Shown in pieces: positions 1-12,184 of a stretch of 64,000 bases of DNA. Below the pieces are notes generated by a model, which saw only the letters and a list, made by a program, of their open reading frames with translations, had not been told where the DNA came from and did not search any database. Numbering within the stretch: the first letter of the stretch is position 1; each line of letters starts with the position of its first letter. The stretch comes from Antedon mediterranea (taxonomy: Eukaryota > Animalia > Echinodermata): contig NC_092677.1 of the NCBI RefSeq assembly GCF_964355755.1, positions 22,865,175 through 22,929,174 on the forward strand, read 5' to 3'. The position numbers and the translations under genes are program-made.

Positions 1-989
1 TGAATGTTTTGTTGTTCGCTTATTGTTAAAATTGGTTTAAAAAAAAAAGAGGTGATGCTGGCGCCAACGAATTTGACAACCTTCAGACAACCAAAATATT
101 TTTTTGTACAAAAATTAATTTGAAATAAAACGCTAGAAAAATAATCCTTCTGCTTCATCAGCACTGCATTGGTTCCTAATAATCTGACTAAGAAAATGTA
201 ACTTTGTTACGTTCTATCAATCCATTTTCATATCACGGAATCCATTTTCATAATAGTAGGCAATAGAATTTTAATTGAATAGTGAGGGATTAGTTACAGT
301 GTTGAATTTGAATAAACCGTTGGCATTGGTAAGCCTAACATTTTTCAAGTTACTGAAAATCCAAAATGAACTTGCTGTTATAATACAAACAAAATTATTC
401 AATCAAAGCAAAGAAACGCTCTACGAATTTCCGTAGTAATATGGACGTTTATTATGTTATGAACTTTGAACCATGTTTATACCGGTAGCAGTTCTTTCTG
501 CAAATTGTCTTTGCTGTATTTTGGAGTGTAATTTAAGCAACACTGTTGTACAGTTTATAGTGGATAAATGAAAATGAATTTTGGAAATTGTGGTTTTACC
601 TTCTGACTTTATTTAGCATTTAGCCTAATTCAAAATAATACAATTTAACATTTTGCTCAATATATTTATAGCAGCTTCATACTTTTTGTATAACTTTTTA
701 AAATTATTAAATGATAATCAATTTGCATTCATTGATTGTAGTTATAGGCCTATCGGGGACTTCCCCCTGACGTTCGCATTGGACACAAAAAAATGTTATC
801 CTATTGTTATTCGCGTATGTTTTAATATTACCGGCGGAATATTGTATAGGCTACAATACTCGGTTTGCTAGAGCACGACAGAGTGACATTTCCGGCGAAC
901 TAGAGCGGGTTGCGCGGGTTCCATTTATCATGAATTTTACGTGCGAGAGTATGGAACGCCTCCTCTGCCTTCAGTTCACATTTATCATT

Positions 990-1181
990 CAATACACACC
1001 AATCGTCATGCAGTACACACCATCGTCATGCAGTACACACCGAACATCATGCAGTAGACACCAAACATCATGCAGTACACACCAATCGTCATGCAGTACA
1101 CACCAATCGTCATGCAGTACACACCAATGGTCATGCAGTACACACCAATCGTCATGCAGTACACACCAATCGTCATGCAGT
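990..1181 (+). repeat. 21-bp tandem minisatellite (CAGTACACACCAATCGTCATG) x~9
   Basis: Units directly visible, with variant units CCAAACATCATG. Explains spurious ORFs 804..1235 and 1006..1218. Confidence 0.95.
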
Positions 1182-1385
1182 CAAATATTGCATAATTTAT
1201 ACCGCCACCTATCGACAAAATCGAATATCACGTGACGTTTATTAGACGGCTGTAAAACTAAGACTATTTATTTCTTTTTCTCTTCTTCTTTTATGGAATT
1301 CAATAATTGCAATGGCCTCATAGCCGTGCCTGTGTCTCGCATAATAAATTATTGTATATATAAAAAACATAGCATTCACAGAAAT

Positions 1386-2899
1386 CGTATCCGGATATTC
1401 ACCCCCTGGACATTTACCCCCCGGAAAACTACCCCCCGGACAACCACCACCTGGACAACTACCCCCTTAGGACAACTACCCCTTTAGGACAACTATCCCC
1501 CGGACAACCACCACCTGGACAACTACCCCTTAGGACAACTACCCCCCCCCCCCCCCGGGTAATTACCCCGCGTAACTACCTCTGACACAATACTCCCCGT
1601 AGGACAACTACCTCCTGGACCTGGACAATACTCCGAGGGCAAATAATCTTTTAGGACAACTACCTCCGTAGGACAACTAACCCCTGGACAACTACCCACC
1701 AGACAATTACCCCCTAGGAACAATTACCCCCCCCCCCCCCCCGGGTAATTACCCCGCGGACAACTACCTCTGACACAATACTCCCCGTAGGACAACTATC
1801 CCCTGGACAACTACCACCCAGACAACTATCCCTTTAGAACAACACTACCCCCCGGACTAAGAATTAATTTTTGTCTCAAATTTGTCATATATGTATTTTT
1901 GTACACTTGATGAATAATATCACTTTTGATATTTGACCTCAATGCACCGAATAAACGGCGATCTTTAAACAAATTCCCCTCAAATAAACGGTGACCATGT
2001 CACTCCCATGAAACATCATATGGAATAATCGGCGTCTATTTCCATTAGATTATACCCCCTCCCATTGAATAAACAACTTTCTTCCAATAAATGTCCACCT
2101 AAAAACCACCTGAACAATAAACAGTCCAGGCCGTTTTTTCAATAAATACGGTACTTTAAATCTAGCACATCTAGGGTCTAGCGTGCTGTTAAACAGAATA
2201 ATCGGTTAAAAACGGGTGTTTCGAAACTAGAGACCCGAGACCAGAGACCCGAGACCCAATACGAAAAGGGAGACCCCACTATACGAAAAGTGAGACCCCA
2301 CTATACGAAAAGGGAGACCCTAATATACGAAAAGGGAGACCTAAATATACAAAAAGGGAGACCCAAATATACAAAAAAAGGAGACCCAAATATACAAAAT
2401 GGGAGACCCACTATAAGAAAAGGGAGACCCCACTATACGAAAAGAGAGACCACACTATACGAAAAGGGAGACCCTAATTTACGAAAAGGGAGACCCAAAT
2501 ATAGGTCTCCTTTTTCGTATTGGGTCTCGTGTCAGGTATCTGGTCTCGGGTCTCTAGTTTCGAAACACCCGTTAAAAACAGATGATTTCATTTTTACAGA
2601 AACCGGTCCTATATATTTGTCTACTTTTGGATTGGGGGGGGGGGGTGGTATTTGACCGGGGGAAAGTTGACCGGGGGTAGTTGACCGGGCGTAGTTGTTA
2701 TCCTAAGGGGGAAGTTGTCCTAAGGGGGTAGTTGTCCGGGGGGTAGTTGTCCGGGGGTTATTATCCTAAGGGGGTAGTTGTCCTAAGGGGGTAGTTGTCC
2801 GGGGAGTTGTTGTCCGGGGGGTAGTTGTCCTAAGGGGGTAGTTGTCCGGGTGGTAAACATCCGGGGGGTAACTGTCTGGAGGGTAGGTGTCCTAGAACC
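1386..2899 (+). mobile_element. Composite Mutator-like/foldback MITE, copy A (GGACAACTACCCC subterminal repeats)
   Basis: Ends CGTATCCGGA... and ...CCTAGAACC, with mirror arrays of ~15-bp GGACAACTACCCCC units. TSD ACAGAAAT at 1378-1385 and 2900-2907. Confidence 0.85.
2214..2570. mobile_element. Nested MULE-type MITE with internal ~21-bp TATACGAAAAGGGAGACCC repeats
   Basis: TIR GGGTGTTTCGAAACTAGAGACCCGAGACCAGA at both ends and a 9-bp TSD GTTAAAAAC (2205-2213, 2571-2579). The same insertion is present in copies B and C. Confidence 0.9.
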
Positions 2900-5383
2900 A
2901 CAGAAATGTGTAGAGGTTAAAATAAGTACAGTATGTCAAGCATAAAATAAATCTTAGAGTCGATGGCCTTAGTTTTACAGCCGTCTAATAAACGTCACGT
3001 GATAGTCGATTTTGTCGATAGGTGGCGGTATAAATTACGCAATATTTGACTCACACTCGATTCACCAGGGACAAAAAGTAGTGAGCCCTCTATCGGCAGC
3101 CAATCGTTTTTGCACACGAGACAGCGTGGACAATTACCCGGAAGCAACTTTGTTTTGAAAAGTAAATCTTAGGTTTTTGCAAACTGGCCAATTGGAACTT
3201 TTGGTTTTATTTACTAATGAATAATTCATGAAAACCTTTGACAAGGCATCTACGAACCACGTGATATTGTTTTTTAATCGACGAACCCATTATATTTGTG
3301 TGAAACAAGGGTGAATTACACCGATGTTTTTTAAACAATTTTAGGCTATTCGAATGTTAAAATTTCGTCTAATTTGTTGAGGCTGTAATAAAACAACGCA
3401 ATTTTTTGAGAAGGTGGGTTTTATAGTTTCTGAATATTTGATTTTTCAATAGTAGTTAATAAAAAAATCTCGTTGGGGTTATTTTTTATTTTTTTTTAAT
3501 GGCTGCTTAAACATGTGCCTTCTTGGGTATTTCACTATTGAAAATGGAACACATGGTTGTAGCTAAAATCATTTTTTACGCCATAAGATAAAAAATGTGG
3601 TTTTGTAAATTAATAAGGGCAACATATAATATATAGGAAAGCTGTTTTTAATCATAAAACTCTACAAAGCCTCTTTTTTTTTATTTATAAATCAATATAG
3701 TCTAGGCCTAGTAGTACAGTAGGAGAGCCAGGCTTTAGCCTATAGTGGGGTAGTGCGTGCATTATTGGCGCGTGTTCATTGTCGGGCGCGCGTTGTTTAT
3801 AGGCCTAAGAAAATAAGTAAAATATACAAATATAATTAAATAATGATTATTATTAATTGAATGTTGTTTTTTTTTTTACAGACCACAGAGGATTGTTCTA
3901 CATACTTCAATACAAATAGCATTAAATCAACAACAATTTCTTATGAGTCATATTAATTGCTCTGGCATATAATGTGAAAAAGCACTATTAATACTGTAAT
4001 AATGGATATCTATAGATGTACTGCCAAAAAGACATTTTATTTTTTAAAAACTTTAACTTATCCTAATTTACTTATTTAAAGGTTCAAGTGGCGCTTGGTT
4101 GTTGTGCAGTAGTTTAATAAAGTTTAAATGTACATTTCAAATCGGCAAATAAATAATGGTAATAGGCCTACAGTACTGCAGTAAAGAAAATCTTTTCGAA
4201 GATTAGGCTTAGTACAAAAGATGTTAGCTAAGTTGATGTAGAAAACTTGTTGTCTGATTTTTAAGGTAAAATTTGTGATAATATTAAAAGTTAAAATGTT
4301 AATTGGTGTGTATTTGTATTTCATTTATTGCTCCATTATTATAATAAAAAGCAGGGAACCATGAAATTTCATTTTAGCTCCGATAAAAAGTAAACATTTT
4401 CAGCATATACTGTACTTAAATCAATCATATGTTAGTGACAGGTGACATTAACAGATTTATTATGAGATTACTAGTAAGCCTACTAGTAGGTTTAGCTCTA
4501 TTCATAAAAATAATGACATTATATACTGTACATTAATTAATTAGCCTAGCTAGGCCTAACTAATTTTTCAGTATTTTACCAAGTCAACCGTTCAGGCATG
4601 CAGACAGTCCTCACTTTACACTAATCTTCATAATTTTAAGAAAAATGAAAGTTCAGCACTTTATTTCAAAATTTATAAGCCCATATTATAAGATTCTGCA
4701 TCATCCACTTAACAAGAACTAAAATCGAGAGCCCAGTGATAGAGCGCATCTTCCGACGTTCTCGTCGCCTAAGGAAACGAGTATTCCAGCCCTGTCGCGT
4801 CTTCCTAGGCCTACGCGCACCGCACTTTCGCTCAAAATACACTATCTTCAACTCCTTATAAAATTTGTTTGAAAAATAACCCCAAGCTTATATTTGGAAA
4901 TCTTTGAAAATGCATATAAGACTATATTATAGCGTTTTCAGAATTTCATTTAAAAATTGCAAATTAATGTTAGCTATTTTAACAGATTAGTTAGTTTTCA
5001 CTTTTTTGTTTTCGGCGTATGACTCGCTTTGTTTACGTTTACATTTGGCTTAGACGTTTATCTTGGAATTCGAATCAATTAATCCATAATCAACTAAAAT
5101 TGCTATTGTTGTGGTTTTTGTTTAATATAAATGTTCTTAATAAACAGAAATAAATCAAACAACAATATAATTTAATATAAATCCGTTAAAAGGGAAATTT
5201 AGACAGCCTATAAAACACGGAAGTCAGAACTCGCGTCGCTCGAAATGCTCGGGAACTTTCTATTTATAGCCAATCGAAAAAGGCTCCGGCTAACTTAAAC
5301 AATGAAAACGGCCCTCGGAACACTTAATGTCCCATTTTCGCTGTTTGACGTGGATGTGGACTGCATGACGATTGGTGTGTACT

Positions 5384-7085
5384 GGTTCTAGGACACCTAC
5401 CCCCTAGACAGTTACCCCCCGGATGTTTACCACCCGGACAACTACCCCCTTAGGACAACTACCCCCCGGACAACTACCCCCCGGACAACTACCCCCTTAG
5501 GACAACTACCCCCTTAGGATAACAACCCCCCGGACAACTACCCCCCGGACAACCACCCCCTTAGGATAACTACCCCCTTAGGATAACTACCCCCCGGTCA
5601 ACTACCCCCCGGTCAACTACCCCCCGGTCAACTACCGCCCCCATCCAAAAGTAGACAAATATATAGGACCGGTTTCTGTAAAAATGAAATCATCTGTTTT
5701 TAACGGGTGTTTCGAAACTAGAGACCCGAGACCAGAGATCTGACACGAGACCCAATACGAAAAGGGAGACCTATATTTGGGTCTCCCTTTTCGTATATTA
5801 GGGTCTCCCTTTTCGTATAGTGTGGTCTCTCTTTTCGTATAGTGGGGTCTCCCTTTCTTATAGTGGGTCTCCCTTTTCTTATAGTGGGTCTCCCTTTTCG
5901 TATATTTGGGTCTCCCATTTTGTATATTTGGGTCTCCCTTTCGTATAATTGGGTCTCCCTTTTCGTATATTTAGGTCTCCCTTTTCGTATATTAGGGTCT
6001 CCCTTTTCGTATAGTGGGGTCTCCCTTTTCGTATAGTGGGGTCTCCCTTTTCGTATAGTGGGGTCTCCCTTTTCGTACGTGGGTCTCCCTTTTCGTATAT
6101 TTAGGTCTCCCTTTTCGTATTGGGTCTCGGGTCTCTGGTCTCTGGTCTCGGGTCTCTAGTTTCGAAACACCCGTTTTTAACCGACTATTCTAGACCCTAG
6201 ATGTGCTAGATTTAAAGTACCGTATTTATTGAAAAAACGGCCTGGGCTGTTTATTGTTTAGGTGGTTTTTAGGTGGACATTTATTGGAAGAGGGTAGGGG
6301 GTATAATCTAATGGAAATAGACGCCGATTATTCCATATGATGTTTCATGGGAGTGACATGGTCACCGTTTATTTGAGGGGAATTTATTTAAAGATCGACG
6401 TTTATTCGGTGAGTGAACATTGAGGTCAAATATCAAAAGTGATATTATTCTTCAAGTGTACAAAAATACATATATGACAAATTTGAGACAAAAATTAATT
6501 CTTTTAAGACCAGTGGTTATCGAAGCATTGTCCTGACGCAAAAATTATTATTATTATTAGCGAACCCAGTCTTTACAGTAAATACAGGGAGTACTATATA
6601 ATACGTTCGACTATCCTATGATCATGTGTGACAATCTTCAGTTTATACCAGGCTATATTTATGTTCAATATTTTACTTTTGTTTACAACAATGAATAGTA
6701 ATTCGTCAAAGTAACGAATTAAATTATAGTTATTAATTCCTATTATACACTGTTGCAGAGTCAGGTTGTTGAATGGTCTGGGTGGTTAGGGTGTTCTAAA
6801 GGGATAGTTTTCTGGGTGGTAATTGTCCGGGGGGTAATTGTCCGGGGGGTAATTGTCCGGGGGGTAATTGTTCCTAGGGGGTAATTGTCCGGGGGGTAGT
6901 TGTCCAGGGGGTAGTTGTCCTAAGGGGGTTGTTGTCCTAAGGGGGTAGTTGTCCGGGGGGTATTTGTCCGGGGGGTAGTTGTCCTAAAGGGGTAGTTGTC
7001 CTAAGGGGGTAGTGGTCCAGGTGGTGGTTGTCCGGGGGGTAGTTGTCCGGGGGGTAAATGTCCAGGGGGTGAATATCCGGATACG
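5384..7085 (-). mobile_element. Composite MULE-like MITE, copy B (inverted)
   Basis: Starts GGTTCTAGGACACC and ends GAATATCCGGATACG, the reverse complement of copies A/C. Contains the GAGACC MITE at ~5705-6171. Confidence 0.9.
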
Positions 7086-7282
7086 GTACACACCAATCGT
7101 CATGCAGTACACACCAATCGTCATGCAGTACACACCAATCGTCATGCAGTACACACCAAACATCATGCAGTACACACCAATCGTCATGCTGTACACACTA
7201 ATCGTCATGCAGTACACACCAAACATCATGCAGTACACACCAAACATCATGCAGTACACACCAATCGTCATGCAGTACACAC
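7086..7282 (+). repeat. Second array of the 21-bp CAGTACACACCAATCGTCATG repeat, forming the spacer of the B/C palindrome
   Basis: Same unit and same variants as 990-1181. Confidence 0.95.
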
Positions 7283-8957
7283 CGTATCCGGATATTCACC
7301 CCCTGGACATTTACCACCCGGAAAACTACCTCCCGGACAACCACCACCTGGACCACTACCCCCTTAGGACAACTACCCCTTTAGGACAACTACCCCCTTA
7401 GGACAACAACCCCCTTAGGACAACTACCCCCCGGACAACTACCCCCCGGACAATTACCCCCTAGGAACAATCACCCCCCGGACAATTACCCCCCGGACAA
7501 TTACCCCCCGGACAACTACCTCTGACACAATACTCCCCGTAGGACAACTACTTCCTGGAAAATACTCCGAGGGCAAATAATCTTTTAGGACAACTACCTC
7601 CGTAGGACAACTAACCCCTGGACAACTACCACCCAGAAAACTATCCCTTTAGAACAACTACACCCCGGACGGACAACTACCACCCAGACCATTCAACAAC
7701 CTGACTCTGCAACAGCGTATAATAGGAATTAATAACTATATTTTAATTCGTTACTTTGACGAATTACTATTCATTATTGTAAACAAAAGTAAAAGATTGA
7801 ACATAAATATAGCCTGGTATAAACTGAAGATTGTCACACATGATCATAGGATAGTCGAACGTATTATATAGTACTCCCTGTATTTACTGTAAAAACTGGG
7901 TTCGTTAATAATAATAATAATTTTTGCGTCAGGACAATGCTTCGATAACCACTGGTCTTAAAAGAATAAATTTTTGTCTCAAATTTGTCATTTTGTATTT
8001 TTGTACACTTGAAGAATAATATCACTTTTGATATTTGACCTCAATGTTCACTCACCGAATAAACGGCGATCTTTAAATAAATTCCCCTCAAATAAACGGT
8101 GATCATGTCACTCCCATGAAACATCATATGGAATTAATAATCGGCGTCTATTTCCATTAGATTATACCCCCTCCCATTGAATAAACAACTTTCTTCCAAT
8201 AAATGTCCACCTAAAAACCACCTAAACAATAAACAGCCCAGGCCGTTTTGTCAATAAATACGGTACTTTAAATCTAGCACATCTAGGGTCTAGCGTGCTG
8301 TTAAACAGAATAATCGGTTAAAAACGGGTGTTTCGAAACTAGAGACCCGAGACCAGAGACCAGAGACCCGAGACCCGAGACCCAATACGAAAAGGGAGAC
8401 CTAAATATACGAAAAGAGAGACCCACGTACGAAAAGGGAGACCCCACTATACGAAAAGAGAGACCCTAATATTCGAAAAGGGAGACCTAAATATACGAAA
8501 AGGGAGACCCAAATATACGAAAAGGGAGACCCCACTATACGAAAAGAGAGACCACACTATACGAAAAGGGAGACCCTAATATACGAAAAGGGAGACCCAA
8601 ATATAGGTCTCCCTTTTCGTATTGGGTCTCGTGTCAGGTCTCTGGTCTCGGGTCTCTAGTTTCGAAACACCCGTTAAAAACAGATGATTTCATTTTTACA
8701 GAAACCGTTTGTCTACTTTTGGATTGGGGGGGGGGGGGTAGTTGACCGGGGGGTAGTTATCCGGGGGGTAGTTATCCTAAGGGGGTAGTTGTCCTAAGGG
8801 GGTAGTTGTTCGGGGGGTAGTTGTCCGGGGGGTTGTTATCCTAAGGGGGTAGTTGTCCGGGGGGTAATTGTCCGGGGGGTAGTTGTCCTAAGGGGGTAGT
8901 TGTCCGGGTGGTAAATATCCGGGGGGTAACTGTCTAGGGGGTAGGTGTCCTAGAACC
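7283..8957 (+). mobile_element. Composite MULE-like MITE, copy C
   Basis: CGTATCCGGATATTC...CCTAGAACC. Carries a pogo/Tigger-like piece (~7878-8263, ending CAATAAATACGG-TA) and the GAGACC MITE (~8327-8672). Confidence 0.9.
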
Positions 8958-10633
8958 GTTCTCTTCATCACCCACATTATGTAGCCTACACGTAATTCAC
9001 GTAAAAAATATACACGCTTGTTCGATGTTTCCTAATAAACCAGCCGAATGGACAGATTCACAACGTTGTATATTTCATAATGGAGGCCATGTTAACTGTA
9101 GATTAATGAATGAAAGAGTAATCTCATGTGGTTGTAGCATCTCCTTTTCCCCAATACAGGAGGTGCGTTGGAAAGTCCTTCTTCGTCAGGTTCCTGCATT
9201 TTCGTACATCAAATAATGTGCGCAACCAAACGTAACCGCGCCTATATATATATGTATTATAAATTTATTTTAAAACGGCACGCATAGGGAAAATCGCTTG
9301 CTATACTATATTATGCTATGTCGTGGATTGTCGGAGCCAAATTTGGTATTTACGTAAAGCTTAAGCTTTGCTCGAAATATTAATTTCAAAATTAGCGCGT
9401 GAATCGACGGGAATCTAATCTAAACTATTTTAGTGATTTTATTTTAAAAATACGATTTTTTGGGCATTTTTGGCCTATTGGTGACTTTAACCCCAAAATA
9501 AACCAATAGACCTAATGGAAATTTTATTTTTACTGCATAATATGGTTAATAACAGATATAAATCTCATGCAGTATCAAATACATTGCTTTTTTCTATAAA
9601 AAAAAAAATAACAGCGAATTTATCAAAACTGTTGTTTTTGTTCAATTTAAGTGAAAATTCATGATTTCTTCCAGTTTCCATGGTTTTAAAATATTAAATT
9701 TATTATCTATTAAAATTTATCAAAATATAGAATTATTAGTGGATTTATATAATTTAAGATGTCTTCTTCCGAATACAATATTAAAAAGTTTTGATTGCCA
9801 CATTTACCATTTTGAACTTTTGGCACACTTTGAATTGATTCTGGCCCACTGCATGTGCGCCCCTGTATGGCCTATATTTTCAAAAACCGATGGTGGGTCC
9901 GAGGTTTTCTGCATGGCACCTCTAAATCTTGTCAAGTAGACCGGGATTTTCCCTTTATTACGCACCCATCGTGTTTAAAGTTACGTACCTTAAGATAAGG
10001 ATTATGATACAATGAAAACAAATTGAGAAAATTAGGCCTACACCTCTAGATGGCTGGAGATTGCACTGAAAAATTTCAATTTAATTATGTATTTGCTGTA
10101 GTGTTCATTTTCAAAAGCAAGTACATAATTATAACAAATTCTGGGGTTTTGCGTCAAACTATTTATTTTTAATTGGTGTATCTCATTATAACTTTGTTTT
10201 GTTTTGTTTTATTTTTTACTTAATTTGTGCTACTTAGTTTTGTTATTTTTGTATTTTATAAGTAATGATGGAGTAAGAGCAGTTTTCTGTTTGGGCTCAT
10301 GCCTATTACTTGCTCCTGGCAAGATGAATTGTAAAATGTACTTTATGAACTTTTGCCGAATAGATATTATTATTATTATTATTATTATTAAACTAAAAAA
10401 AATAGGTGGAGGGGATATATCCGAGGATTTCCTCTTTTAACCTGCCATTAAAAATTGGAAATTTATCAGATGTCCTCGTAAACTGATTAAAACACATGCA
10501 GGTATACCTCGACGATAACTTTACTCATTTCAAGAGGGCGTTATTTATTTTATACTGTACCACCAGGAAACTATGGCGTATTAATGCTTGGAGGCTCCCA
10601 ACTTTGTGTAACCAAACTTACAGAAAAGTTACT

Positions 10634-10640
10634 TATAAAT
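10634..10640 (+). promoter_or_regulatory. Putative TATA box of the multi-EGF gene
   Basis: TATAAAT ~70 bp upstream of the ATG of the signal-peptide exon. Positional inference only. Confidence 0.4.
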
Positions 10641-10704
10641 GTGCTCTACATGAAAGAACTGTATTGGAAGTTTTCTGTTTTTGATCTTTGATTAGAAGAA
10701 AAAA

Positions 10705-10777
10705 ATGTTTGGTGTAACATACATAAAACTGACTTTGTTACTTCTTCAATGCTTTATCTGTTTATCCCAAAACCAAA
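10705..10777 (+). CDS. Putative first coding exon (signal peptide MFGVTYIKLTLLLLQCFICLSQNQ) of the multi-EGF gene
   Basis: AAAATG start, hydrophobic core, consensus donor A|GTAAGT in phase 1, matching the phase-1 EGF exons downstream. Confidence 0.7.
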
Positions 10778-11996
10778 GTAAGTATTCTGTGAATGCCATA
10801 CGTCAGGATTAGTTAGGCCAAGTTGAGCCGCCGCCAGAAAAACGTTTTTTCATGGTTTTTTCTATGAAACGCCAAATGCTAACTTTCGCCCGGGTGCTCG
10901 TTTCTTTTGGTGTCTGATCATTTCGGCCGCCAGTTATTTCGGCCGCCGGCTATGGAATTGCCAAATTTGTATTGTTCATTTTGCTGCCAGAATTATAATT
11001 TATTGTTGAATATGTATGACACGCCATGTGTGTTAAAATGTTAATATTTTACTAATACTGTAATATTAAGCTGAATCGGCGGTCTTCAATTTAATTCCAG
11101 AAACCTAAACAGCAGCAGCAGCGATATTTATGGCGTGCACATTGTCATCACTACAGTGAATATTAATGATATTTTCAGCGAACTTCCCCATTAGGCGCAG
11201 GAGCCCCGGATAGCGTTACGAAGTCGTTAACTCTGTCAGCCCATGGTCAACCCAACTAATGTGTTTTTCCCAAGGACAACTTATCAATAACTAAACTTTG
11301 TCACCACCCATAAGTGTGCTGTTCATTTCCTATTGACCAATGAACACCAATGTAACTGGACCTGAGTTTCTTGCTATTCGACCTTGGGTGCAAATTATAC
11401 AATTAATTGATGTTAAGGCCACTGACTACTCTTTTCTGTATAGAAACACTGAATTGACTGAATAATAAGAAAACCCTACAATAATTTCTACTACTACTTG
11501 ATATGGTGTTATACAAGAACTATATTAAAAGAATTGAATGTATGGAGAATGAAAAGTTAAACGTTATAACTTATATGTAAAACATCACTTAGATGATATC
11601 TATCAGATATATCATTTTCTAAAAATTGTTTCATTAGTTAGAATAGATCACGGAAAACCAATACCAATACTGATCTGGACTCGGAAATTCAAAATGTAGC
11701 AGGCAACGTTTCACCAATGAAAACTTTCAAGACAAACAAAGTATCATAATTATCATGATATCCATTTTTATTTAATAACGATAAATGGATATAAATATTT
11801 CGTCTTTTTTGTTATTTTGTGATGGAAAATATATTGAGTGAACATTGGCACTGAGCTTAAATGTTCCCCGTCCCCTTAATGTCCGCTTTATAGGAGTGTC
11901 CCCTCAGTAAGGATTTGCTGTTTTGCCCCTTAATAATAAATTATGATGTCCATCTTATCCTCTCAATTTTAATGTGCTACACCCGATAATAGAATA

Positions 11997-12162
11997 CACA
12001 TCTAGCTCGTGTGTACTTTAAAGAACCTAGTACATCTTTCGAGACGAGTGGGGGGTTACCCCGGTGTATTATCACAGCCACTGATCACCAACTGGGCCCT
12101 CTGGGAGACCAGTCTTTGACTGAAGAGGTTACCCAGTATAAATATATATTTCAATTCAATTC
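11997..12162 (+). mobile_element. 5'-truncated SINE with a Deu/Nin-like core domain
   Basis: GTACTTTAAAGAACCTAGTACATCTTTCGAGACGAGTGGGGGGTTACCCCGGTGT resembles the recalled Deu/Nin SINE core. (TTCAA)n tail and TSD AATAGAATA (11988-11996, 12163-12171). Confidence 0.7.
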
Positions 12163-12184
12163 AATAGAATAACTGTACAGTAGG

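Larger units (their letters stand above)
1179..3051. mobile_element. Non-autonomous TIR element with ~84-bp inverted repeats (1179-1262 / 2968-3051), interrupted by the MULE-like MITE at 1386-2899
   Basis: AGTCAAATATTGCATAATTTATACCGCCACCTATCGAC...GGCTGTAAAACTAAG recurs reverse-complemented at 2968-3051 with 2 mismatches. No clear TSD. Confidence 0.8.

Noticed and set aside
140-170. Minus-strand CTGATGA, a possible hammerhead core
   Set aside because: No downstream GAAA box or pairing helices found.
2214-2570. Dense GAGACC/GGTCTC (BsaI) sites suggesting synthetic DNA
   Set aside because: They belong to a natural MITE with TIRs, a 9-bp TSD and divergent copies.
4666-4851. Arg-rich 61-aa ORF in a GC-richer patch
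   Set aside because: No recognisable motif or ATG start. Likely decayed TE interior.
804-7401. Repetitive ORFs (SSCSTHQ, MTIGVYC, TTTPRTTT, RKGRP types)
   Set aside because: They are translations of minisatellite and MITE repeats, open in several frames and on both strands.
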